NCBI GenBank assembly: GCA_977018835.1
Contig: OZ361257.1
Location: 930,001 to 994,000 of the forward strand
Length of the DNA stretch: 64,000 nucleotides
Source of the DNA: Minutocellus sp. GHC0000111
Lineage: Eukaryota
Direction of reading: 5' to 3'
This document shows, in pieces, positions 22,151 through 33,448 of the stretch (the stretch's first letter is position 1; every line of letters starts with the position of its first letter). A program made the translations under genes and the position numbers. The notes under the pieces are model-generated. The model was not told where the DNA came from and searched no databases. It was given only the letters and a program-made list of their open reading frames with translations.

Positions 22151-24056
22151 CATCACTGTTCAGCTCAAGGGTTGCGGAAAAGGAGTCACCATCCCTTCTA
22201 CAGTCGGCGTGAAGCAAGGAGATAACCTTGCGCCGGTCCTTTTTGTATTCTTTATTAATGCCGTTGCCGAATCTATCGAGCCCGAGTGGAAAGCAGCTGG
22301 CATCGAAGAGCCAGAACTGACCAGTTACTTCAAGACGGCTCAAGCTGAGGAAAGACACGGAAAGAACGCTTGAGTAGGTAAGAGATGCGACGTCTTCTCG
22401 TTCTTCTTGTCGTACTGCGTCGACGACTCCGCCTTTGTCTTGATGAACAGGAGAGATGCAGAAGTAGCAGCTGCCCTTGTCGTTCGACACTTTCGTAAGT
22501 TTGGTCTGACCATCCACGTAGGCAACCGTCAGAACAATACAAAATCCAAGACCGAGGCCCTCTATGTACCATCAATGTGGCGACACTTTAAGAAGTACGA
22601 GGACATCCCAGCAGAGGAGATTGCTGACATCGACCTGGTTGGCAGAGATTTTGAGCGCGGCACCTACATTTCCTTCACCCCTACATTCAAGTACCTTGGA
22701 ACCAACATTAGTTGGGACCTTCGAGAGTCCATCGATGTTCAGGCCCGTATTGATTCCGCCAACAAACTCTTTGGCTCAGCTAAAAGCACCTTCTGGGGTA
22801 ATGCCAGCGTCCCATTCGAGCTCAGGATGCGATACTATAAGGCAATCATCGTCAATGTTCTGATTTGGGGTTGCGAAAGTTGGGCAATCAAAGCGAAAGA
22901 GGTCCGAGCTCTTAGAGTATTCCAATTTCGTTGTCTTCGAACGATGTTGAAGATCAATGTCATGCACAAGGTCCGGAACAACGCCATCCTCGAGCTCTGC
23001 AAAATCCCAGACATCATCAAGACCATGGACCTACGACGAGCACGGTGGATCGAGAAGCTCTCCTACATGTGCCCCCGGACGAGAGTACCTCGGCTACAAT
23101 TTGGGTGCTGGATGTATGGGTTGGTATACCATCGTGACGGCAAACCATTCAAGACGGTCGCACATTCTCATACCGATAGTCTCAGGCGAATCGCAGAAGC
23201 TTCACTCCTTGAAGATGACGTTCAGATAATGGCGCCATTTGCAATCGCTGACAGCGGCCGATCGATCGAAGTCAGCACTCGAGTCAAACCTCTCTTCGAA
23301 TTAGTGCAGTCCAACCAGTGGCCAGCGATGATGGAACGATATCTCGGACTAGAACCAGGCGCATATTCGGCCTTTAAGCGTTCCGAATTAGGCCGAGTCC
23401 CTCCTCGGAGATCCCGCACGACGATCCAACTGCCATCAACACCAAGCAATGATTCTGGCCCTACAATTTGCAGTAACTGTCAATGTGCAGACTGCATTGG
23501 CCCACCGTGCTTATCACCGTTGAGCCGACCGCCCTTTTGCGATAGCTGCAATTTTCGCCATGGACCTACCTATGTCCAATGCTCCCTCCTCACCGACAAC
23601 GATAACATCATCACAGAGCCGTTCACTGCTGAAGATGTTGAAGTAGCCGTCAATGAACTGTCTCCCCGTTCAACTCAGAGTGTCGAGCGTGCTACCATGT
23701 CTCCGATGATAAATGCTCTTACTAATGCTACAGTAGCTGCAGTAATAGCATCCGTCGACGAAGACACAGAAGTACCCGTACCGAGAAGAACTACAAGGAG
23801 CAGGTCAGCCAGACTTAATCTGGCAGCTACTTTCGAAGGATTTGTTCCAGCCAACAACCCTGATGCTTGGCGAGATCGAGACTTGTGAGTTGATCCTATT
23901 GACACCATGTGATTTAAAACCTTTTTATGTTTATATGAAATTATGATGTGTGCTCTTGCTAATGCAAGTGCGGCTACCTATTTTCGAATAGGGTTCTATT
24001 AGATAGATCTAAGCTATACTTAGCGGGACGACACCACCACCACCACCACCACCACC
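22151..24056 (+). mobile_element. 5'-truncated non-LTR retrotransposon (RTE-like LINE)
   Basis: RT motifs GVKQGDNLAPVLF, YCVDD, KFGLTIH..KSKTE, FKYLG. TSD ACAGCATCATT at 22140-22150 and 24057-24067; (CAC)n tail 24032-24058. Confidence 0.9.
22159..23888 (+). pseudogene. Truncated reverse transcriptase ORF with an in-frame TGA at ~22371 and a Cys-rich C-terminal extension
   Basis: The frame upstream of ORF 22407 reads ..VGVKQGDNLAP..GKNA*VGK..SYCVDD. The N-terminal RT and endonuclease portions are missing. Confidence 0.8.
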
Positions 24057-24228
24057 ACAGCATCATTAAATGAATTTTATATAGAAGTATGAAAAATATA
24101 TGTTCAGGGTACAAGTATAATGTGCAGACTGCCGATGCCATGCCAGTTCGTGACAGTCAACTCAAGAAACAAAAACAAGTATTACTGACTAGTCTAGCAC
24201 TACCGGTATTCGAGGTGGCCGACTAGAT

Positions 24229-25887
24229 CTAATTACTCGTCGATCGTCGCTTTTGCTTGGCGTAGTCCTGAGGCCTTGGTGGCAATCCATCTCGGGAAGA
24301 AGTCCGAACCCAGCCTCCTAGCCCGGGATTTGATGCGCCGGTTGCGCCGTAAGTAGGTGTTGTGACGCCGCCCGGACTGATAGAAGTATTGCTATTCGGA
24401 GAGTCGAATCGAAATGCCCCACCGGTAGCGGGAGGAGAATCTGCAGCAAATACTGCCGCAAGATCCAATGATATTTGTGATTGGCTACCACTTGAGCTCG
24501 GTGTTTCCGTTTTTGCGATGCTGGCATTAGTAGGTGTAATTGCCAATGATTCCTGCTGTTGCTGCTGCTCAACAAACTGGCTTAGCGTCATGTTTGATTC
24601 AAGCGTGAAGACGCATCGAGCAGCAATCGACTGCGATCTGCACCCACTGTCGGAGCAGCAACTGAATTGTTGAAGGCATCGAAACTACAATGACGCTTAT
24701 GACGACCAGATGCAGAGGTTTTCTTGGATTTTGATGCGGTTGGACCTGAGGATGATGACAACGATTTGGTCTTCATGCTTCGTCGATGTGCAGTGCTAGA
24801 TTCCACGCCCCGACGAAGAGCATCAGCCGCATGCTGTCCGTCAACATCGTAGATGGAAATATACAGATCCTCAAAAACAACGCGCGCTAAACCAAGACAA
24901 TCAAAATCATTCTCGTCGTCACCAAAGGGGTCGTCGAATTCAACAGCGACAAATTCGAGGCCCACGAAACCAAACGTGACAAAGAAGATGAGAAAGAGCA
25001 GAGCCGGAAGCGTTTCCATATCATAGACCAACGAAAGTGGGAGGCTAAAGACCCATATCAACACAAATGTCCGACTCATTTGAACTAGTGGAAAAGGAAA
25101 TGGCGTCGTGACAAGCTTGGTGAGATCGTGGTAGGCAGCTATGAACTCTGATACAAACTTGAAAAGTCGTAGCTCCTCGTTCACGTGGAATGGATTCGCA
25201 AGGCATTCCACGTGAGAGGCGATGGTGGACCTCAGGAACATGGCAAGGACCATCGGTGCTCGTTCATTCGATTTGCCAACAGCCGATAACAATGCCTGTT
25301 TCTCATCTTTCGTCAGCTCTGGTATCTTCCACGCATGCTGGCCAGAGGTTTGATATTCCAATACCGAAACTACTGTCCGAAGCAATACAATTGTTCGTCG
25401 TGCCACATCCGATCTCCATTGCTGAGCACTCGGCGAAGTATCGAAGCGCGAAAATGTAATGGCGTGCTGGACGAGCTCACGGCACGACTTCATTGCCCGG
25501 CTCAACTCCGTCCTCGCCTCCCAGTATCGTGCATAGGCAATGTTGGACCTCGTAACGACAAAAAAAACTCAATATTGCCGCCAAAAAGGTGTGACCACTG
25601 TCTGGGAAGGTAACGTCAATTTGTCGTTGGTGTTTGAGCCAATAGATGCAATATGTCCACGCAGTATTGGCAACACAGTACGGCAGCACTTTTGGCCATA
25701 CGCTGCCCCTCATTTGCGTGAGGACTCCAAATGTGTTGTCACTGTCATATTTCACTCTCCTCTTTCGTTCCGATACCACCGACGGCAGATCATCGCGATC
25801 GCGGTGGTCGGCACATGATGGTTCCGACGGCGTGTAATCACAACACCCAACATACCGATCCTGCGATAAAAGAGGGAGATAAGACAT
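24229..25887 (-). CDS. Bestrophin-family (UPF0187-type) anion channel; frameshifts ~25565 and ~24600
   Basis: GSVWPKVLP, FFVVTRSNIAYARYWEAR (after removing one T), TPFPFPLVQM, FDDPFGDDENDF. Confidence 0.88.
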
Positions 25888-26069
25888 GTTTGCTCTACAA
25901 TCTATGAATTCCTGCTACAACGGAGCGTATCTTCTGTCATTCCCATGCGCCACTCCCAACTTGGGAAATTTTACTGATTTGGACAAAAACGCCCGTTATA
26001 TCGCCCGGCCGCAGAAGCTTCCGGGCAATGCATCCCGGCTCCCGGCACAACTTGCGGCACAATGGTGCG

Positions 26070-27515
26070 ATGAGGATGCCACGACGTTACCGGTCCTCAA
26101 CATTATTGCTGGTCGCATCTTGCGCAACATGCTCCGCATCTGCCGGACCTTCTTCGGCATTCATCTCCCCAACGCCTGAATGGCGCATACAGCAACATGT
26201 TCGCCCCAACTACAGAAGCACATTGCCAACAGTACGTATTGCTGCCGGCATACACGTAAGTGAGAATGATGAAACATTTCCAGAGCAAGAACTGCCAAAA
26301 CTTGCAACGAGGCCCAGGCAGATTCGACGGTTGTCGAAGAAGCGAAAGCCAAAAGGGTACTGGGACGGCAAATCAAACCTCAAGAAAGAGTTATCATCCT
26401 TCTGGGCAGACCTGGGCGTCTCGACATCTTCCACCCTCCCACCGATCCCTAACCACCAATTGTTGAATTATTACGAACGAAACGATTTGAGGTGGGCTAT
26501 ATATCGGCATGGTGGGAGGGAGGCAGTGTCTGATTGGTTGGGAGGAGCTCCAATTATACCAGGCAAATGGAAGGAAGCGATGGCACTTAGTCAGGAGATG
26601 AGGCAGTTGGTGCTGGATCCCACCACAGAGATGGGGAGAGAACTAACTCCATTTCATCCTCCAAAGTCACCACAGCAGCTGAAAGGAGAGAATATCCAAT
26701 CAGAGTGTAATGGCGAGAGGAAGACGAATGGTAATGTCCCAAGTAAGACAAACGGCCACGCTCTCACCACCACTAACAATACTCGATGGCAACACAAGCC
26801 TGGGCGCAAGGCAAAGGGGTATTGGACCGAACAACGAGTAATGGTAGATCTGTTGAAGTATCTCTTTGACTGCAAAGATGGAAAGAATCGACCCTCTGTG
26901 TGGATGCCAAGACCAAGTGAGCTGTCCGAGGCAGGACGTTCTGATCTAATGGGAGCAATTGCACGATTTGGGGGGCACAGAAAGATTTGCAATCAGCTCG
27001 GACTGGTTCCGCACAATGATTGGCACTATTTTGAAATGCAATTTCGTTTGGTATTGGAGCTGCGAGAATACTTGGAAAAAACAGATTGTGGCGGAGAAAG
27101 AGATGCTGACGACCCGTCTGATGAATATTGTCTACCTCAAGCAACGACAATACTCAACGACGATGATGACAAATACCAAAGCTTGCACGGCTTGATTCAG
27201 TATTTTGGTGGCAGGAAGTTTGTCGCTAGCAAGCTTGGTCTCAAACTGTGCTCTACAGGATCAAGAAGGAAGAGTAGTTCCATCGATGACTTGCAAATTA
27301 GCTTCGGAAAATTCAATTTAGATTTTGCCACCCGATTGCTTGGCTTTATTCGAGATGACCAGATGAGCAAGAAACCGCCGTTGAGACCGGCAACAATCGC
27401 AATGCCAAAACGGGAATATCTGATAGCTATGGGAAAGGCTCAGCTTGCCGATGAGATTGAAGTGTATGGTGGATACGAAAACGTTGCTCGGCGTCTTGGT
27501 CTGGATATTTTCTAA
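26070..27515 (+). CDS. Probable plastid-targeted protein with repeated KxKGYW / R-x-DL-x-x-AI-x-x-x-GG helical modules
   Basis: Leader ends SSA-FI. KPKGYW and KAKGYW, plus four copies of a ..(H/F/Y)GG...VA..LG motif. Confidence 0.7.
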   Translation: MRMPRRYRSSTLLLVASCATCSASAGPSSAFISPTPEWRIQQHVRPNYRSTLPTVRIAAGIHVSENDETFPEQELPKLATRPRQIRRLSKKRKPKGYWDGKSNLKKELSSFWADLGVSTSSTLPPIPNHQLLNYYERNDLRWAIYRHGGREAVSDWLGGAPIIPGKWKEAMALSQEMRQLVLDPTTEMGRELTPFHPPKSPQQLKGENIQSECNGERKTNGNVPSKTNGHALTTTNNTRWQHKPGRKAKGYWTEQRVMVDLLKYLFDCKDGKNRPSVWMPRPSELSEAGRSDLMGAIARFGGHRKICNQLGLVPHNDWHYFEMQFRLVLELREYLEKTDCGGERDADDPSDEYCLPQATTILNDDDDKYQSLHGLIQYFGGRKFVASKLGLKLCSTGSRRKSSSIDDLQISFGKFNLDFATRLLGFIRDDQMSKKPPLRPATIAMPKREYLIAMGKAQLADEIEVYGGYENVARRLGLDIF

Positions 27516-27690
27516 CTCATCACTTTAGCCATCTGATCTATCTTACCCTGGTATCTAAACAGTAACCACCTCACTACTCTGCGCTGCCGCAGCTGGAGCT
27601 AGATCTACTAGCTACGTAGCTAGCTAGACTAGAGTAAAGTCAATAGCGGAGCCTCCGACGACGGCGAATGATTGTCATTTGCCGTCGCCA

Positions 27691-29520
27691 TTAATTCCTG
27701 CAGCACAAGCATGTTTTGTCGCGCATCTCTCCCATTTGCTCTTCAAGCGAAGCAATTCTACTCCCCAATACTGAAACATAATACGCCAGTACTAAAATAC
27801 TCATCATTGCAATCAAAATAATCATTCTCAGCGGTGGAGTCTCTGCTGTGGAGGTTTCTAAAACGACCTTGGGTGTCTCATCTTCAATTTTCTTCTCCGC
27901 AACAGCGGCACCAGGTTTTGCCTCTCCCCCGAGAGCAGATGTCACCATACCCATGTACTTATCATACATTTGTGTGTATTCCTGTTTGGTGTTCACATCG
28001 ATCATCTTTTTGAACATGGTGCTCTTCGAATATTGGATCTGAAAGGACACCGACATTGAGACGCCGCTGCTGCGCCTGCCGGATTCATCTGCATCTGCAT
28101 TGCACGGTTCAATAATCCACATATCTTCAACATGAAATGCATCAGCGGCAGGAAAGCCCTTTCCGTACGTGCAGGATTTGAGCAGGATGCCATGGCCAGG
28201 AATGAGATGAAGTTGCTGCCGTTTCTCCATGCTGGCGTCCTTCGGTCCAAGCTTATGCTTGAGCGGATGACGAAATGTGATGGTGCGTCTGCTGCAGGCT
28301 GTTGCCGTGCTATCTTTGCTCTTCTCCCATTCTTTCACTTCTAACTCAAAATCTCCAATTACAGACTTTTGGAACGAGCCGAAGGAGTGGGGACAGTCAT
28401 TTGCGATAAACTTTTCGTAGAATTCATCCAAACTGCAAGGAAGATGAATACTATCCAAGACAGTTTCCTTCAAACGTTGTTCTTTCAATTTCAACCAAGA
28501 CCGACCTGGATCCTCTACCACTTCATCCCCTTCACCCCGAGAAGAAGTGCAAATATCGTCGGTATTGTTACATGTATCATTTGGATGCCCCTCATCGTCT
28601 GATGAATCAAGATCTGAGCCACCCTCGGCAGTCGATCCAGATCCGCCCGTATCCGCCCTTCTGCGCACATCAAAAGAGTCCACAGATTGCGATCGGATCC
28701 GTCTATGTTTCTTCCTCCCTCTCCTGCTGACCTTTGGTTTCTTGGACCATTTGCTGAACGAAGATGATTCGGAGATCGAGGAGAGTGATTTGGTAAGCAG
28801 TCGCGACGACGATGAAGTTATGTCTGCGTCTCCACCCACTACTTCCTGAGACTCGGGGAAAAGAAGCCTGAGGCTAGCAGCGTCGAACGTCGTCGCTCGT
28901 CCTGGGGGCGGTCTGGTAGCCTTGGGAATCCCAGCAATGGCAGAACTAGGTGATGCCAAACGCAACCGACTGATGATTATTTGATACACTGCATCTCTAT
29001 CACGAAAAGATCGGAAGTTGTGCCGAAGCAATTGCTGCTGCTGCGCGTTATCGGCTGTGCCATTTGCTTTCGCCTTCATGCCGATGCAGACACCACTGCT
29101 CTTGATCTTTGTCACCTCGGCCATTTCAGCGAACCAAAAGATGTTCTTGCTTTCCGAGCTGAAGATATTCGAATAAAAGCACAGGGCATCCGTCGCTACG
29201 TATAACCTTCCTGTTGTTCGCTTGTACGTGCAGGAATAGTCGGCCAAAACCGCACCGATTGTTGGACCAAAAAGTACCCTCACAATCTCCGTCGTGTAGG
29301 GATCCGTCGTGTTCGTGGTCTCGTCGGCCGTGGATGCGTCGGGATTGCTGTTATTGGCGGCCGTGGAACGGTGGGCTTTACTGTTTTGAGCATTGCGTGT
29401 ATTGTTGTTGCTCTCCTGTAGAATCTCCTGGCCACTCCCGCCAAATTTCTGCTCGTGTTCCGACCAGGAAACGGCCACCTCCCGCCTTGAATCGCCACTG
29501 GAAAACGCGCGGCTCCTCAT
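27691..29520 (-). CDS. GRAM + VASt (StART-like) tail-anchored sterol transfer protein (GRAMD1/LAM/VAD1 family)
   Basis: GRAM: YSC..GRLYVATDALCFYSNIF. VASt: RRTITFRHP..FPAADAFHVEDMW..KSTMFKKMI. C-terminal TM helix and coiled coil. Confidence 0.88.
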   Translation of the reverse strand: MRSRAFSSGDSRREVAVSWSEHEQKFGGSGQEILQESNNNTRNAQNSKAHRSTAANNSNPDASTADETTNTTDPYTTEIVRVLFGPTIGAVLADYSCTYKRTTGRLYVATDALCFYSNIFSSESKNIFWFAEMAEVTKIKSSGVCIGMKAKANGTADNAQQQQLLRHNFRSFRDRDAVYQIIISRLRLASPSSAIAGIPKATRPPPGRATTFDAASLRLLFPESQEVVGGDADITSSSSRLLTKSLSSISESSSFSKWSKKPKVSRRGRKKHRRIRSQSVDSFDVRRRADTGGSGSTAEGGSDLDSSDDEGHPNDTCNNTDDICTSSRGEGDEVVEDPGRSWLKLKEQRLKETVLDSIHLPCSLDEFYEKFIANDCPHSFGSFQKSVIGDFELEVKEWEKSKDSTATACSRRTITFRHPLKHKLGPKDASMEKRQQLHLIPGHGILLKSCTYGKGFPAADAFHVEDMWIIEPCNADADESGRRSSGVSMSVSFQIQYSKSTMFKKMIDVNTKQEYTQMYDKYMGMVTSALGGEAKPGAAVAEKKIEDETPKVVLETSTAETPPLRMIILIAMMSILVLAYYVSVLGSRIASLEEQMGEMRDKTCLCCRN

Positions 29521-30408
29521 TTCGGATAGAGAGAGAGAGAGAGAGAGGTAGCCTTTGTAGCTTGCTGGTCGCGTCGATGATTGATGATACTTCCGCACGT
29601 GTAGCACCTGGCCTGCACCTTCAAGAGCCAACAGCAGCGCAAGCAAGAAGTGTGGTCCTTTGGGATTGAGGGATTCTTGGATTTTGGGGGATTTCTGGAT
29701 ATTTGGGATGACTCATTCGACTGAGTCACAGCAACAAAGTTCGCCATCGGCGTCACCAAGAGACGTGGATCTGCCGGCCCGCGCGGAAATGCGGAAATGC
29801 CGCCACAACTCAACTCTTCCCCGAGCGAAGATATGTAAGTTCCACCCAACTCCATCGACTGGTGTGCCGGCGATATTCATGCCAAGTGTGATGCCCCTCG
29901 TTTGGTATGCGAATTTTACGCTTCGAGGCAGATGCGGTTGGGAAGCATTGTTTGTGGCTCGTGAAATATCCAAATGGAAAAAATGCGGGCCCGAAGTTCT
30001 TTCTGATGGGTGGGTGGTGGATCTTCCGATTGGTGATTTGGGGTGGAAGATTCGGTGGATTCGATTCTTTCCTCTTGAGTCCCGACTTTACCTACATACG
30101 TTTGCCATCGCAGCGCCGTTGTTCAGGCCAGGCCAGTGTTCTTCTGCGGGTTGCTCATGTGATGGGCATTGTATGTGCTTTGTTGGGTTGGCGCACTTTT
30201 TCACTGTTCCTTGTTCTTCGGTTTGTGAATTTCTATTTACTAGTATCAACATCGCACACGTGCCATCTAACTCAACCAAAGGACCAAACAATCCAACTCC
30301 TCCTCCTCTTCTGCTTCTGCATCGACGGTCGTTGCTGCTTCTGCTGCGGCTGCTGTTGGTGCCATTGCCGGGACGTACTTTTACAAACAAAGAAACAACG
30401 ACAACAAA

Positions 30409-31287
30409 ATGGAGGGCATCAAAACACAGGTCGAAGGACTTACCAAGCAGGTGAAGGGTGCTCTTCACCTGGGCCGACCCGCCGGTTCTACCAAGGGCAG
30501 CCCTCCCAAGGAAGGAGAGCGCAAGTACCTCATCGGTGGAAACTGGAAGTGCAACGGTAACGTTGCCTCCCTCAACGAGCTCATCGACACCTTCAACAAG
30601 GCCGGTCCCATCCCCGCCAACGCCGAGGTTGCCATCTGCGCCCCCTTCATCCACATCCCCCTTTGCCTTTCCAAGCTTCGGGAGGACATTGCCGTCGGAG
30701 CACAGAACTGCGGCGTCAACGAGAAGGAGGGTGCCTACACCGGCGAGATCTGCGCCTCCCAGCTGAAGGACATTGGTTGCGTCTGGGTCGTCATCGGCCA
30801 CTCCGAGCGCAGGGAGGGTTTCGGTATGGCCGGAGAGGACAGTGAGCTCGTTGCCAAGAAGGTCAAGGTCGCTCTCGATGCTGGTCTTAAGGTCATGTTT
30901 GCCATTGGAGAGAAGAAGGAGGAGCGTGAGAACGGCACCACCAACGATGTCTGCGCTTCGCAGCTCGCCCCTGCCGCGAAGCTTCTTGAGGAGAAGGATT
31001 GGGAGAACGTTGCCATTGCCTACGAGCCCGTTTGGGCCATCGGCACTGGTCTCACTGCCACCCCCGAGATGGCTCAGGAGACGCATGCCTTCATCCGTAA
31101 GTGGATGAGCGAGAATGTCAGCGAGGCCGTTGCCAAGGCTATCCGCATCCAGTACGGTGGTAGTATGAAGGGTGCGAACGCCAAGGATTTGCTCGCCCAG
31201 CCCGACATCGATGGTGGACTTATCGGCGGAGCTTCTCTCAAGGCGGACTTCTTCAATGTTATCAATGGTGTTTCGCAGGATGAATAA
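30409..31287 (+). CDS. TPI: Triosephosphate isomerase
   Basis: GGNWKCNG, GAYTGE, IGHSERR, AYEPVWAIGTG, YGGS, DIDGGLIGGASL. Confidence 0.98.
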   Translation: MEGIKTQVEGLTKQVKGALHLGRPAGSTKGSPPKEGERKYLIGGNWKCNGNVASLNELIDTFNKAGPIPANAEVAICAPFIHIPLCLSKLREDIAVGAQNCGVNEKEGAYTGEICASQLKDIGCVWVVIGHSERREGFGMAGEDSELVAKKVKVALDAGLKVMFAIGEKKEERENGTTNDVCASQLAPAAKLLEEKDWENVAIAYEPVWAIGTGLTATPEMAQETHAFIRKWMSENVSEAVAKAIRIQYGGSMKGANAKDLLAQPDIDGGLIGGASLKADFFNVINGVSQDE

Positions 31288-31497
31288 ATAGGAGTTTGGA
31301 TTTTGTGTGCAATCATGCTCTGGGCTGGCGTCGTTGTCTCCTGGAATGAAAGCGAAACTTTCGATAATGATACCAACTAACTACACTAGCTAGAGATTCG
31401 ATTCGATTCGATTCATTCATATTATTATACTCTTTGAATCTTTAGATATCGACGTGTCGCTATTTACTAGTAGTACATCTTCATTACTATTGTTTAT

Positions 31498-33448
31498 CTA
31501 TCTCTTAAATACAGCGACAGTCTCAACATGGTTTGAACCGGGAAATAAAACATATCCCGTCGCGCTTTCGAGCTTCCACCCTCCACCTCCTGACATGAGC
31601 CTGTCCGAATCTCTTGCCAACGCATCAAAGCCACAACTGACATATATGAGTTTGCGTACATCGTTCGCCCAATTAATGGTATGCCGGGGAGCAGTCAGAT
31701 ATGTTGGATCCTCGGTGTAATCCTGGTTGGGATTTTGCGGTTTGCACAATTGAACCAAAACCTCATCTTCAAGGCCCTTGCGGGGTGGGTCTACGATCAA
31801 TACATCGGCTCCGAGTGCCTGACCCTTGTGGAGGGCCTCGGCGGCAGACGCAACAAGATAGCTAACCTTTCCACTTGTCGTAGTTTCATCGCTACCAGAA
31901 CCTTGCATTTCGGTTTGCTCGACCTGCGCCATCAGTTCTGCCAGCGTCATTCCTTCTTCGCCCTTGATTTCCATCGATTGGGTACCACCTCCACGACGGC
32001 CTCTGCCCTTCCGGCCCTTCTTCTTGGAAAAAAAATCTTTTTGGCCGCCCAGTAACTTCCATCGGCATACTCCCAACGGCTCTGTTGAAACACCGCGGAT
32101 TATTTGGATTTTCATCGGAACATCGGAGCCATGCCAAAGGTTCCTTTTCTTTGCTCTCCTCGTCTCCAAACCACTCAACATCTTCCATTGACGCTTCGGC
32201 TTCTCGTGCTCGCAAACTCAGAGCAGTCAGTCCCAAGACTCCAACACCGGCATACAATTCGCATACCTTGCTTCCACCGGGTACCTCATTTGCGCAATGT
32301 TGGGCAATAGCGTCGAATCCGTCGAGATTACCCTGGCGAAAGGCCTGTGGACTAAAGTAGAGCATTCCCTCCCTCTTCTCTGGGTCTGTTCCGGCAATTG
32401 GCTCACGTATGAACTCGGGTCCATCTACAGGATGCCATCTGCTAGCTCCACGGGCAAAGATGGCATTGCCAGCACTATCGTTGCAATGACACCACACAGA
32501 ATGGAACAGGCGCGGCTCAATCTTCTTGACCTCCTTGACCAGCCTTGAAAGTTGAGGTTGAGTGTCTTTCAGCTTATCGGCGTTCCACACCAGAGTCAGG
32601 CATATCCGCCCAGTACTGCGTTCGACCTGGCACTGCACATAGCGCAGGCCTCCCTCGCCGGTATTTTCGTTGTAGGCAGCCGTACCGACCCGTTCCGTTG
32701 CCTGTGTCAGGGCCTCGATAGCTCGATTGACCGATGGATGATGAACAACGCAATGTGGTATCGGCAAGACATCGTGTGTGCCTCGCTCATACAGACCGAA
32801 AACGCATCCATCTCTCCCCCACGAAGACTTGGGAGCCACCGCCAACTTGGCCTGAGTGCGCCACTGAGTCAGAGGCGAGGGCACAACGACACGATAGAAG
32901 CCATCGTCCTTCATGGACTCCTGGCTATCATACATGGCACCTTGATTCGCATCCAGCCTATTCTTTCGCACAAAAGGGCTGCTGAAGTAGCGCTTTGCCG
33001 ATTTTACAATCTCTGTGTCGGCGACGCGTTCATCGACGACGCATCCGGGACATTTGCCAAAGTGCTCACAGGCCAACGAACCCGCGAGACGTTCGGTATT
33101 GATCCTAGTGGGCACAACGCCAACTGACGGTGATGCAGATACGTTGTCATACTCGTAATCCTCAGAGGCGGTTCTACTCCTGGAAGAGCCACCGGTAGAA
33201 CGACCTCTTGGTCGTTGAAAGTTGCCATCGTCCCGGCGACCTGGGCGTGCGCCACCTCTGCCTCCACCTCGACCACCTCTTCCACCAGACCTCTTCTGAG
33301 CTGGCCAACGACGCTCCGCTGAAACTGAGAGGGCAGATTTGGTGGCGGTGGTACTGATGCTGCTTCTGGTGCTGAGCGATGATGGAGATATGAAGGCATC
33401 CGAATGCTGAATCAGCACCCAACAGGATAACAAAATGGATGTAAACAT
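31498..33448 (-). CDS. RNA m5U methyltransferase (TrmA/RlmD family), probably plastid-targeted; frameshift in the T-run ~32028-32035
   Basis: CEHFGKCPGC, AFRQGN, ELYAGVG, VDPPRKGL, IYVSCG, LFPGSNHVET. Leader ends SDA-FI. Confidence 0.9.

Noticed and set aside
29521..29646. N-terminal extension of the GRAM-VASt ORF
   Set aside because: It begins at a non-ATG codon and runs through a (CT)n microsatellite; ATG 29520 is the likelier start.
31395..31420. (ATTCG)n run; also (CT)n at ~12288-12305 and (GTA)n at ~2896-2910
   Set aside because: Ordinary short microsatellites with no further structure.
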